Shown here in pieces: positions 28,687-37,845 of a DNA stretch of 44,112 nucleotides. Below the pieces are notes generated by a model. The model did no database searches. It was not told the DNA's origin and saw only the letters and a list, made by a program, of their open reading frames with translations. The first letter of the stretch is position 1. Each line of letters begins with the position of its first letter. The stretch is from a virus: the UHGV virus genome UHGV-0127376, one strand, 5' to 3'. The position numbers and the translations under genes were made by a program.

Positions 28687-28904
28687 GTATAAAGTCTGGC
28701 AGTGTTGTGGAGTTGATGGACCTGGGGCCTGAGCCGATAGACCCGCGGTATGCAGCATACTTCGCCCCGGGTACGAGGCACACGGTTATGTTCTTCGACC
28801 CGGTTACTGGGGAGATAGAACTAAGTTATCCTGGACTAGTAGTAAGTAGACCGGGGGATGGTGTTACCTTCTTCCCGGGGGAGTACAAGCTTATCGTGGA
28901 ATAG
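28683..28904 (+). CDS. Hypothetical small protein
   Basis: 73 aa ORF overlapping polymerase stop (ATGA). Confidence 0.5.
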   Translation: MSIKSGSVVELMDLGPEPIDPRYAAYFAPGTRHTVMFFDPVTGEIELSYPGLVVSRPGDGVTFFPGEYKLIVE

Positions 28905-29065
28905 TGATAGGTGGACCCTTGGGTGGTGTAGGGGGTTAGGGTAGCATGGAAATACACTGGGGTCAACTAAATAATTAAATAAAATTATTTGTTGACTCTA
29001 GCTTGATTCTGTGATTCATAGAGAATTAATGTGATACGAGTAGGAACAACACAAGAGGGTACCGA

Positions 29066-29504
29066 ATGTCGATGTGTATTGACCACGGGTATAACAAATG
29101 CCTTAACAAGAACGGATACCGCCGGGCATGGTATAAGCCGACCAGGCGATTGGAGCTGCTGCATCGGGTGGTGTATGCTGAGCATAACGGGCTGGATATA
29201 AGGGCGCTGGCTGGCCTGTCTGTTAGACATACCTGCGATAACCCCAGGTGCATTAACCCTAAGCACTTAGTATTGGGTGGGAACGCATATGGATAATATG
29301 CGGGACCGTGCAGAGCGCGGAAGGAACCCAGATGTGCGTGGGGATAGGAACCCAAAAGCGCAGTTAACTTGGGATGCTGTGCAGGATATCAGGGATAACT
29401 ATATCCCATACAAGAAAGGTATGCGGCAACACTTTGCTAATAAGTACGGTGTAGGTGTACATGTAATTAGTGACGTAATAAGTAACAGGAGCTGGAATGC
29501 CTAA
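29066..29504 (+). pseudogene. HNH homing endonuclease (paralog family A) interrupted by a +1 frameshift in a G-run near 29276..29281
   Basis: ORF 29066..29296 (..VRHTCDNPRCINPKHLVLGG) and ORF 29277..29504 (GTHMDNMRDRAERGRN..) align in series with the intact paralogs (..HLIPGTPADNNKDRAVRGR..); removing one G restores a 146-aa protein. Confidence 0.6.
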
Positions 29505-30477
29505 GTTAAACACAATAAAGCTATTCACCAAAGAGCAACACATAGATATCTTGAGCAAGCACAGCTCTAACGTGGATGCTGCTGCCGCCTATAATAAGCT
29601 GGCGGGACTGGACGAGCCAGTGGTGTATCGACAGATGGTGAAGTACTGGCGCAGCATATTCCTAGACCACGCTGGGAGCAAGGGTAAGGCAATATCCCAC
29701 ATGAAGGAGGCACTAAAGCTCATACAGCCCAGTCCCACTGATGACATCGGCAAAACCTTCGTGCCGGAAGTGTGCCACCGTATTCTCGTAGTTGGGGATT
29801 TGCATGCCCCCTATACGCACGTAGATGCTATGGCCTTCTTAGAATCTGTGCGAGACGCCTACTGTCCGGACATGGTTGTACAGGTAGGCGACGAGACGGA
29901 CGGCCACGCTATATCATTCCACGAAAGTAACCCGAACCTGGATAGCGCCGGGGTGGAGCTGGAGAAAGCTAAGCTCGTACTGGAGGAGCTACATGAACTG
30001 TTCCCGAACCTATTGGTTTGCGATTCCAATCACGGCAGTCTGGTTTACCGCAGGGCGAAAGCTCACGGGCTACCAGTGCAATTCATCAAGAAGTACCGAG
30101 ATATACTTTTCCCTGAGCATGGTGCCCCGGCGTGGTCTTGGGCTGACGCATGGGTACTCAATACCCCACTTGGCCCGGTTAGATTCCAGCATCAAGTGTC
30201 GGGCGATTTCATGCTCAATGCCAGCCACGAAAGAACCAGCCTTGTACTTGGCCACGAACATGGCCGCTTTGAGGTGCAATATGCAGCTAGCTCAACAGCT
30301 CTGTACTTTGGTGCGTACGCTGGGTGTCTGATTGACCGCAAGAGTATGGCCTTTGCTTACGGCAGACTCACTCGCAAGAAACCAATCCTGGGTGTGATGG
30401 TAATCACCGAGGGTTGCCCGCAGTTAATTTCGATGCTGCTTGACGACGATGGTCGTTGGGTTGGTCGTACTAAATAA
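29497..30477 (+). CDS. Calcineurin-like metallophosphoesterase
   Basis: Motifs VVGDLHAPY (GDxH), GDETDGH (GDxxD), CDSNHG (NH), LGHEHG (GHxH) in canonical order. Confidence 0.7.
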   Translation: MPKLNTIKLFTKEQHIDILSKHSSNVDAAAAYNKLAGLDEPVVYRQMVKYWRSIFLDHAGSKGKAISHMKEALKLIQPSPTDDIGKTFVPEVCHRILVVGDLHAPYTHVDAMAFLESVRDAYCPDMVVQVGDETDGHAISFHESNPNLDSAGVELEKAKLVLEELHELFPNLLVCDSNHGSLVYRRAKAHGLPVQFIKKYRDILFPEHGAPAWSWADAWVLNTPLGPVRFQHQVSGDFMLNASHERTSLVLGHEHGRFEVQYAASSTALYFGAYAGCLIDRKSMAFAYGRLTRKKPILGVMVITEGCPQLISMLLDDDGRWVGRTK

Positions 30478-30490
30478 CACAGAGGTGATG

Positions 30491-30658
30491 ATGAAAATGG
30501 GAATCTGTTCTGTACTGGGCCTTATCTTTGTAACCTTGAAACTGACTGGCGTTATCGCCTGGTCCTGGTTGTGGGTGCTGCTCCCGTTCTGGGGGCCTAT
30601 GGCACTCGGCGTAATCCTAGTGTTCTTGGCGGTGGCCCTCAAAGCTGCCTCCCGCTAA
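30491..30658 (+). CDS. Small membrane protein (two predicted TM helices)
   Basis: Hydrophobic 55-aa product; SD AGAGG 5 nt upstream of ATG 30491 (ORF-track start 30440 lacks SD). Confidence 0.5.
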   Translation: MKMGICSVLGLIFVTLKLTGVIAWSWLWVLLPFWGPMALGVILVFLAVALKAASR

Positions 30659-30709
30659 GCCCTGCATCTGCACGTAAATATCATTCAAACTAAACGAGGA
30701 AGTAATTAT

Positions 30710-31498
30710 ATGACGATGAATGCACTGGACACCCTGAACTCCCTGGTAGCGGCTGCTATTGAAACGCAGGATGTTGATATGACTGAAACCGCACAGGGCG
30801 GTGCGTATGAGGACGTACTGCTGCCGAAGGGTGAGTACTACGGTTACTTCACTGAGTATGTAGAAATCGGTAAGCGCCTGCCGACTAAGGGCGGTAAGCC
30901 GACCGGTAAGCCTGCAGTGGCTAACGTACGCATCGGCATTGTAGTGTTTGGCCCTAACGGTGAAGTGAAGCGTATCCGTCCGTTCCCGATGGCTATCAGT
31001 AACTTTGAGCGCGCAGGCTTCAAGAAGTTCTTCGACAAGCTCAACTACGACAATAGCATTAAGCATGCGGCACAGCGCCTGGGCCAGGCCTTCACCTTCC
31101 CCATTGATGAGCACACCAGCGCCGCGGGCAAGAAGTCCAACATCGCGGACCTGTCCGGTATCCGCCCGATTCCGAAATTCGACCCGAACACTGGCGAGCC
31201 TATCAAGATGCCTGCCCTGGATGCCTCTGAGATTAAGCTGTTCCTGTGGAACAACCCAACCAAAGAGACCTGGGATAGCCTGCACATCGAAGGCACCTTC
31301 GACGATGGTAAGAGCAAGAACTGGATTCAGGAGGATATGTACAAGGCTGTAGACTTCCCTGGCAGTGCTCTGGATATTCTGCTGAACGCTGGCTCGGTTC
31401 CTAGTCCGGCGGCTATGCAGGCACCCGCAGCCCCGGCTGCACCAGTGGCCCCTGCAGCCCCTGTGGCGCCAGCAGCACCCGCCGCACCTCAAGCCTAA
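30710..31498 (+). CDS. Hypothetical protein with Pro/Ala-repeat C-terminal tail
   Basis: 262 aa, SD GAGGAAG, strongly biased codon usage; C-terminus PAAPAAPVAPAAPVAPAAPAAPQA. Confidence 0.6.
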   Translation: MTMNALDTLNSLVAAAIETQDVDMTETAQGGAYEDVLLPKGEYYGYFTEYVEIGKRLPTKGGKPTGKPAVANVRIGIVVFGPNGEVKRIRPFPMAISNFERAGFKKFFDKLNYDNSIKHAAQRLGQAFTFPIDEHTSAAGKKSNIADLSGIRPIPKFDPNTGEPIKMPALDASEIKLFLWNNPTKETWDSLHIEGTFDDGKSKNWIQEDMYKAVDFPGSALDILLNAGSVPSPAAMQAPAAPAAPVAPAAPVAPAAPAAPQA

Positions 31499-31551
31499 TC
31501 AACCCTAACCTAAACTAATACGGCCCCTCCTAGGGGCCTTAGAGGAAGCCT

Positions 31552-31806
31552 ATGAACATCATCAAGATTCTCATCAAACTCCTGAGCGCAGCCTACACAG
31601 CAGAAGCTAAACGCGCCGATGCCAAAGCGCAGTTTAACGAGCAGTTGTCAGTTAAATTCGCAGACGACGCAGTGCGTCTGGCCGCTCAATCCGAGGCGCG
31701 CGTAGAGGCATCCAAGCATAGCAAAGAGTTAGCCGAGGCGTGCGCTTGCCATGCTGATAACCTGCGCGCTAAGCGTGATGAAGTAGCTAACTTCCTGGAG
31801 GTATAA
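31552..31806 (+). CDS. Hypothetical protein
   Basis: 84 aa ORF with SD AGAGGAAG. Confidence 0.5.
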   Translation: MNIIKILIKLLSAAYTAEAKRADAKAQFNEQLSVKFADDAVRLAAQSEARVEASKHSKELAEACACHADNLRAKRDEVANFLEV

Positions 31807-32085
31807 ATGCGCATAATCACATGGGCCAAAGAACAGTACGCTGTGTTTCTGCTTCTGCGTGCACAGCGTTTGCAGAAGCGAGCAAACGACTGGCACCGGG
31901 CAGCTAATTCTCACGCACACAGGGCAAGCCTTCTGGGTGCCGAGATTAGCGCACACCGCTATCACTTGACTCGCCAGTGCGCCAAGTCCCGACGCCGTGC
32001 ATACGCCCTGGGTGCAGAGGCTACGGCCACTGAGACCAAAGCCCACAATTTCATTTCAAAACACAAATTGAAAGGATTTGACTAA
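31807..32085 (+). CDS. Hypothetical protein
   Basis: 92 aa ORF with SD GGAGGT; basic. Confidence 0.5.
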   Translation: MRIITWAKEQYAVFLLLRAQRLQKRANDWHRAANSHAHRASLLGAEISAHRYHLTRQCAKSRRRAYALGAEATATETKAHNFISKHKLKGFD

Positions 32086-32459
32086 TGGACAAAGTACTAG
32101 ACGCATACAAGAAACTGGTTCTGGCTGTAGGTTACGTGAACTGTAGCGCCGTTCAAGGTTTCGACAATGGTGACCAGCTCGGCGCTGTGTACGATGCTCT
32201 GGACAAGCTGGCGGCCCTGTACGGCATGGACCTGGAGTTGGCTGCTACCGCCTTCAAGGAGCACAATGACCTGGCGGCACATGCCGATAAGTTACGGGGT
32301 GATGACCTAGTGCTTATCCGCATTGTGGGTACCCTAAGCATCGGGCTGGCGGAGATTGGTTCCTGCATCTACGACGTAGACCAGAGCCTGCGTACCACGG
32401 AAGTAATCGGGGACATGCTTGGCACCGTGTTGGTGCTATCTGAACTGGAGGGTATATAA
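32085..32459 (+). CDS. Hypothetical protein
   Basis: 124 aa ORF with SD AAAGGA, start overlaps previous stop. Confidence 0.5.
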   Translation: MDKVLDAYKKLVLAVGYVNCSAVQGFDNGDQLGAVYDALDKLAALYGMDLELAATAFKEHNDLAAHADKLRGDDLVLIRIVGTLSIGLAEIGSCIYDVDQSLRTTEVIGDMLGTVLVLSELEGI

Positions 32460-32620
32460 TGCGTAAATTTATATCCTACATAATTTCAGTCCCAGCACTG
32501 GTACTACTTGCAATCAGCTTGATGCTAATGGCGCTGGCGCTCAGTGTAGCCGGAGGCTCTAAGGGCGTGGCTATGCTGGGCCGTGCAATCCATGCTTTTA
32601 CTGACCACTTAAAGGTGTAG
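32459..32620 (+). CDS. Small membrane protein (53 aa, MRKF...), first of tandem pair
   Basis: ATG overlaps upstream stop; single TM helix; below ORF-track cutoff. Confidence 0.45.
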   Translation: MRKFISYIISVPALVLLAISLMLMALALSVAGGSKGVAMLGRAIHAFTDHLKV

Positions 32621-32623
32621 AGA

Positions 32624-32785
32624 ATGCGTAACTTCTTTGCAAAATCATTTTACTTCCTGTTAGTAGCCCCGCTAGTGCCTGTAGCTATCCTGTGCTGGGC
32701 ATTTGAGAAGGTAGAAAACAGTCAGGCGCTGACCGCCTGGGAATCCTGGGCGCGTAAGTTGACCAAGAAGGTTACGGGGGTCTGA
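32624..32785 (+). CDS. Small membrane protein (53 aa, MRNF...), second of tandem pair
   Basis: Starts 4 nt after previous stop; same length and architecture; stop overlaps exonuclease start. Confidence 0.45.
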   Translation: MRNFFAKSFYFLLVAPLVPVAILCWAFEKVENSQALTAWESWARKLTKKVTGV

Positions 32786-33753
32786 TGATTATCAACGGGG
32801 TTGACTTGTCCCAGCTCGGGGAGCAGTTAGCTCCGCAGAACTCTGGGAAGATTCTGCTGTACGACGCGGATTTCACAGTTTATAAATCTGCTGCTACAGT
32901 GAAACGTTTGGATACCGCGATACGCCGCTTCTATCAGCTGGTGCTTGAGGACATGTTCCTGGTCGGCTGCTCAGAAGCAGTGGCGTATCTGACGCCTACG
33001 GGGTGTGCTAAGTGCCTGCGCTGGCACCTGCCTACGGCTAAGCCGTACCAAGGGAACCGCAATAAGCGTCAGGAGCTGCCACTCAAGGCACCGTTGAAGC
33101 GGCACCTGATTGAGAACCCGGACCAGTATTCTGAGCATGGCATACAAGTGGTAAGCAGTGACTACTTCGAGGCGGATGACCTGTTCATAATGGATTCGTA
33201 CAGCTTCGGGGACCGTGGAATCCTGATGTCTCAGGACAAGGACTCCTGGCTCAGCCCTATGGCCCGGTTCGATATCCCAACCGGAACCGTATGGCCTGCC
33301 TTGGATAACCCCTTCGGATGGATTAAGTGGGATGATACCCAGGCTATGCCGGTACGAGCGCATGGCACTAAGTTCTTCTGGTGGCAGATGCTAGCAGGAG
33401 ATGACGCAGATAACGTCAAAGGCATCACATTGCTTGATGGGAAGCTCTGTGGGAAGCGAACGGCCTTTGATGCTATCTACCCTATTACCTCAGAGCAGGA
33501 CGCCGCAGAATTCGTTGTAGCGGCTTACGCTCGAAACAACCAAGATGTACTCGCAGAGGCAGAATGCCTGTTCCTGCGGCGCTCCCCGTCAGATTCAGCG
33601 TACCTGTATCTGATGTCACTGTTGACTACTCCCAGTCTGCGTGACTGGGTGCATTCGCTGCACGAGTACCATAAACAGCATATACAGTGGATACAGGAGC
33701 ACCCAGACAATGGCGAAGATGTCTGCGAAGGAAATGAGCCTGCGGGCGATTGA
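32785..33753 (+). CDS. 5'-3' exonuclease (T7 gp6 / FEN-like)
   Basis: ILLYDADFTVYKSAAT, YFEADDLF, SQDKDSW and KGITLLDGK align with conserved acidic motifs of T7 gene 6 exonuclease. Confidence 0.8.
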   Translation: MIINGVDLSQLGEQLAPQNSGKILLYDADFTVYKSAATVKRLDTAIRRFYQLVLEDMFLVGCSEAVAYLTPTGCAKCLRWHLPTAKPYQGNRNKRQELPLKAPLKRHLIENPDQYSEHGIQVVSSDYFEADDLFIMDSYSFGDRGILMSQDKDSWLSPMARFDIPTGTVWPALDNPFGWIKWDDTQAMPVRAHGTKFFWWQMLAGDDADNVKGITLLDGKLCGKRTAFDAIYPITSEQDAAEFVVAAYARNNQDVLAEAECLFLRRSPSDSAYLYLMSLLTTPSLRDWVHSLHEYHKQHIQWIQEHPDNGEDVCEGNEPAGD

Positions 33754-33910
33754 GTTATACTACGAGGGGAAACATGATGAACTTGAAACTATTCTGGTTG
33801 CGCTGCGTGAACGAGCACCCAAAACACATCGAAGAACGGTTGAGCATTTGGATTCTCTCATTCACGACAATGCTCTGCTGGATGTAGTTGGGGAGATTGA
33901 GGTATGGTAA
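33710..33910 (+). CDS. Hypothetical small protein
   Basis: ATG 33710 with SD AGGAG upstream; overlaps the exonuclease 3' end in another frame (ORF-track start 33641). Confidence 0.4.
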   Translation: MAKMSAKEMSLRAIELYYEGKHDELETILVALRERAPKTHRRTVEHLDSLIHDNALLDVVGEIEVW

Positions 33911-34371
33911 GTTGGGTGCCGCTAGTTAACGGCAGAAAAGATTACTTGGTAAATGATAATGGGGAGATAACAGGACCATCCGGCAAAGTGTTGAAACCTG
34001 CTCGACAGGGTGGCGGTTATCTGTATGTAAACACTAGCCCTAAGAACGTCTATGTGCATAGGGCTGTTGCTGAGGCCTTTGTACCTAATCCACACAATCT
34101 GCCAGAAGTTAACCACATAGACGGGGATAAAGAAAACAATAGAGCCGGCAATCTAGAGTGGGTCACTAGGCGCTCTAATGTAATACATCAAGTGGACAAC
34201 GGACTACACTGTAAAGTTAGACTATGCCCGGATACTGTACGCTATTTGCGGACGATGTATTTACCAAGAGACAGAGACTGGGGTGTATCTGCAATCGCGC
34301 GTAGATTGGGTATGTCTAAGGCAGCAATAGGTTTGATGCTACAGGGGGCAACTTGGCGACACGTCGAATAA
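33904..34371 (+). CDS. HNH homing endonuclease
   Basis: Motif EVNHIDGDKENNRAGNLEWVTRRSN (HNH_3-type); between exonuclease and endonuclease VII. Confidence 0.8.
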   Translation: MVSWVPLVNGRKDYLVNDNGEITGPSGKVLKPARQGGGYLYVNTSPKNVYVHRAVAEAFVPNPHNLPEVNHIDGDKENNRAGNLEWVTRRSNVIHQVDNGLHCKVRLCPDTVRYLRTMYLPRDRDWGVSAIARRLGMSKAAIGLMLQGATWRHVE

Positions 34372-34775
34372 CTAGAGGACAGGTAAGGGCGGTATCATTA
34401 AAGATACTAAAGGAGCAGGGGGGTGTCTGCGCCCTTACTAAACGTCCTATAGATACCTCTGCCGCCCGCGGAAGCGCCAGCAGTATGGTACTAGATCACG
34501 ACCACCTCACTGGGCGTATACGCGGAGTGCTGTCACGCGGAGCGAACGGCGCAGAGGGTAAAGTGTATAATGCCGTAGCCAGGTGGGCTGGTTACGGTAT
34601 GCAGGACAAGGAGGGGATACTGCAGTTCTTGGAGAACATGGTGGCGTACCTCCGTAAAGAACCGTACGATTTGCTTTATTACACGCACCGCAGTCCGGAA
34701 GAATTGGCGCAGGCACAGAAGCTCAAGGCCCGCAAGGCCCGGGCACGACGTAAAGCACGGGAGACTATTAAATGA
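34353..34775 (+). CDS. Endonuclease VII-type Holliday junction resolvase
   Basis: Motif VLDHDHLTGRIRGVLSRGANGAEG matches the T4 endo VII signature (DHDH-x-G-x-RG-LC-x-CN); only in-frame start is TTG 34353. Confidence 0.8.
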   Translation: MATRRITRGQVRAVSLKILKEQGGVCALTKRPIDTSAARGSASSMVLDHDHLTGRIRGVLSRGANGAEGKVYNAVARWAGYGMQDKEGILQFLENMVAYLRKEPYDLLYYTHRSPEELAQAQKLKARKARARRKARETIK

Positions 34776-35227
34776 GTAATATTAAAGTTGGTGATGTGGT
34801 AGTTCGTAAAGCTACGCACGTGTCGGGTGACTGGTCTCGAATCTGCGAGTCTCTTCATATCTCCCCATACGCCTCCAGGGGGGTGCTTGAGGTTAGTGGC
34901 ACCACAATTACACTAAGCGGAGACCTAGCTGGCGGTTGGCGCGCGGACTACTTCCATGTAGTGGGGGAAGTCCCCATAACCAGCACACAAGCGCCCGACG
35001 CAGTGAACTCACCCAAGCACTACCAGTTCTTCCCGGACCTGGAGGCAATTGAGGTGATTGCACGCAGTATGACGAAAGAGCAGTTCTACGGATACTGCCT
35101 GGGGAACCGGCTCAAGTACAGACTGCGCGCCGGGAACAAGGATAAGCTGGAACAAGACATTGCCAAGTCCGACAAGTACTCAGAACTATACGAGCAACAC
35201 AGAGGTAAGTGCATTGACGCCAAGTGA
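34772..35227 (+). CDS. Conserved phage protein, DUF3310-like motif
   Basis: SPKHYQ ... EAIEVI ... GNRLKYRLRAGNK ... resembles the HY / KY-R-G-K signature recalled for DUF3310; family name unverified. Confidence 0.5.
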   Translation: MSNIKVGDVVVRKATHVSGDWSRICESLHISPYASRGVLEVSGTTITLSGDLAGGWRADYFHVVGEVPITSTQAPDAVNSPKHYQFFPDLEAIEVIARSMTKEQFYGYCLGNRLKYRLRAGNKDKLEQDIAKSDKYSELYEQHRGKCIDAK

Positions 35228-35368
35228 GTGGTGCCACGGGATGTGGCAGAAAGCAGTAGAGCGGGGAGACGAACGCGCCGCTAAAGACTACCTGGAGATG
35301 TACAATCTCTGGGTAAGTCGCAATCAGTAGTTAGAAGTACCGGACATAACCAAGGAGACTAAGCGCCT

Positions 35369-37837
35369 ATGATTAGCGCCCTGAATACGGTTGTAGTACC
35401 AGAGGAAGCACTGGTGAAACGCCAGCTGGAGCTTGAAGAGACCTATAAGATTCGCGGAATCGAGCGGGCACGTAAGCTGATTACGGACGCATTGCAGAAC
35501 GGTGGGATTATGAACCTGCCGATGACGCAGCGTATGCTCACCTCGGCATATGAGGTGGCCGCCGCCGCTATCGATGAGATGCGAAATGTAAAAGCCCCGG
35601 GCATTGGCGGTAAGTACCGCCGGTTCCTGCGCTTAGTCCCCTTGGATGTCCTGACCACCCTGAGCCTATGCACAATGTTTGAGGCATTTAGCGTAGCTCC
35701 TGGCGAGTCCGCTAGCCGCCGCCAGACTGCACAGGCGGTAATGTCCGCGCTGGGCCGGAACGTACAATCGGAACTGCTGGCCCTGCAGTTACGCAACGTG
35801 GCTCCGGCGTACATGGACCGTGTGTACGAGTACCTTACGGAGCGTAAGACCAAGTCTCCCACGCACATCCTGCGTACGCTGCGGGCCAGTGCTGAGAACG
35901 TGCACTATGGGCACGAGCCATGGACCAACTCCCAGAATATCTCAGTAGGTCGGCTGCTATGTGCCGCGGTGTTTGAGACTGGCCTGTTCCAATGGAAGAA
36001 CTGTAGTGGGAACCTGAGCATGCTCTACCCGGCTGACGATGTTATGGAGGCCTTCCAGAAACTGGTAGAGTCCGCTGATACCGTAACCATGAAGCCGCCT
36101 ATGCTGGTGCCACCGGTACAGCACACCACTATGTGGGATGGCGGGTACCTTACCCCCATCGACAATCGCGGGACCTATCACAACTCGCACATCGACCGCG
36201 CGCGACTCCGTGAAGTAGCAGAAGCATTCAAGTCCGCGGACGGCATCAAAAAGGCGCTTAATAAGGCGCAGGAAACCCCATACCGTATTAATAAGCGCAT
36301 ACTGGAACTGGTGCAAGAAGCACGGGCCCTGGGTATTGGGGTGGGCATGCCCCGCTCAGTACCAGAGCCTAAACCGGAGTGGTACTTGGATGGAGTACCA
36401 AAAGAGAACTACACCGAAGAAGAACTGGACCGCTTCGGTGAGTGGAAGACGCGCATGTCCCTATGGTACAGCGCAGACCGTAAGCGTGTGTCACAACTAC
36501 GCAGCCTGTTGACCACGCTGGAAATGGCGGAGGAATTCAAAGATGAGAAAGCCCTGTACTTCCCGACTTGTGTGGACTGGCGCTACCGCCTGTACTTCAA
36601 GTCCTCGCTGCATCCCCAAGGTTCTGATTTGCAGAAAGCCCTTCTTGAATTCGGACGTGGCAAGCCTCTGGGAGAGCGCGGACTTTTCTGGCTTAAAGTG
36701 CACGTCGCCACTTGCTTTGGTTATGACAAAACCCTATTCGAAGACCGTGCAGCTTGGGTTGATGCGAACTATGCAGAGATTGAGAGGCTCGCGGATTCTC
36801 CTCTTGATGCCCCTGCTTTTTCCTCTGCGGATAGCCCCTGGTGCCTGCTGGCCGCCGCTATCGACTTGGTTAATGCGGTTCGTTCTGGATGCCCAGAAGA
36901 GCATATTAGCCGAATCCCAGTTGCTATGGACGCTACAAACTCAGGTGGACAGCATCTCTCAGCGCTCCTGAGAGACCCTGTGGGCGGACGCTTGACGAAC
37001 CTGTACTGGGAGGGTAATGATAAGAAAGCGGACCTGTACATGGACGTGAAGCGCCGTACGGACGAGAAGGTGATACTGGACCTGGACAAGGAGGATTTCG
37101 TTATCCAGAGCACGTACTGGAGAGAGAACGAAATCACCCGCAGCATGACCAAGCGCCCTAGTATGACCTACTTCTACAGCGCCACTGTGCGCAGCTGCAG
37201 CGACTACATCTTCGAAGGCGCTTGCGCTGAGGGGTACGAGGGTACTGAGACTAACAGTCTGTGGAACTTGTCATGCTACCTGGCTCCGCGTATGCGCACT
37301 GCTATCGAGGAGGCAAACCCAGCCGCAGCCGCAGTTATGGGGTACTTGCAGAACCTCGCTAGGCGTGTACCGGCAAGCCAGCATCTGCAGTGGTATACGC
37401 CGCTGGGTGGGCTCGTAATGAACCGCTACACGCAGCGTGAAGAAGTGCGCGTACGTATTGACTGCATGAACCTATCAGCGGTACTGGTACACAACCGGGA
37501 CTTCAAAACTTGCAACAAGCGCAAGGCAGCCTCCGGGATTGCCCCGAACTTTGTGCATAGCCTGGACAGTACGCACTTGATGATGGTGCTCTGCGCTGCG
37601 GAGGGTCTGGATATTGTGCCTATTCACGACTCGCTGGCTACTCACGCAGCTGACGTTGACGCTATGCATAGGCACATCCGTGAGCAGTTTGTGCGCCTGT
37701 ATGAAGAGAATGACCTGCTTGGCGACATTACTCGCGCAGCAGCAGCAGCCGGGGCAGACTTGACGGACCTGGACATGCCGGAAGTGGGCACTTTGGACAT
37801 CCGGCAAGTGCTAGAATCCCCGTTCTTCTTCTGCTAA
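35369..37837 (+). CDS. Single-subunit DNA-dependent RNA polymerase (T7-like)
   Basis: 822 aa; C-terminal catalytic motif PIHDSLATHAADVD (T7: HDSFGT); located at the end of the replication module. Confidence 0.9.
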   Translation: MISALNTVVVPEEALVKRQLELEETYKIRGIERARKLITDALQNGGIMNLPMTQRMLTSAYEVAAAAIDEMRNVKAPGIGGKYRRFLRLVPLDVLTTLSLCTMFEAFSVAPGESASRRQTAQAVMSALGRNVQSELLALQLRNVAPAYMDRVYEYLTERKTKSPTHILRTLRASAENVHYGHEPWTNSQNISVGRLLCAAVFETGLFQWKNCSGNLSMLYPADDVMEAFQKLVESADTVTMKPPMLVPPVQHTTMWDGGYLTPIDNRGTYHNSHIDRARLREVAEAFKSADGIKKALNKAQETPYRINKRILELVQEARALGIGVGMPRSVPEPKPEWYLDGVPKENYTEEELDRFGEWKTRMSLWYSADRKRVSQLRSLLTTLEMAEEFKDEKALYFPTCVDWRYRLYFKSSLHPQGSDLQKALLEFGRGKPLGERGLFWLKVHVATCFGYDKTLFEDRAAWVDANYAEIERLADSPLDAPAFSSADSPWCLLAAAIDLVNAVRSGCPEEHISRIPVAMDATNSGGQHLSALLRDPVGGRLTNLYWEGNDKKADLYMDVKRRTDEKVILDLDKEDFVIQSTYWRENEITRSMTKRPSMTYFYSATVRSCSDYIFEGACAEGYEGTETNSLWNLSCYLAPRMRTAIEEANPAAAAVMGYLQNLARRVPASQHLQWYTPLGGLVMNRYTQREEVRVRIDCMNLSAVLVHNRDFKTCNKRKAASGIAPNFVHSLDSTHLMMVLCAAEGLDIVPIHDSLATHAADVDAMHRHIREQFVRLYEENDLLGDITRAAAAAGADLTDLDMPEVGTLDIRQVLESPFFFC

Positions 37838-37845
37838 AAAATTTA

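Noticed and set aside
27943-28758. 271-aa minus-strand ORF
   Set aside because: Antisense to the DNA polymerase gene, which has clear family A motifs.
30617-31492. 291-aa minus-strand ORF
   Set aside because: Antisense to the well-supported plus-strand gene 30710..31498; Cys/Arg/Gly-rich junk-like product, no SD.
35241-35330. 29-aa ORF between the DUF3310-like gene and RNAP
   Set aside because: Weak ribosome-binding site and no recognisable features; kept only as a note.
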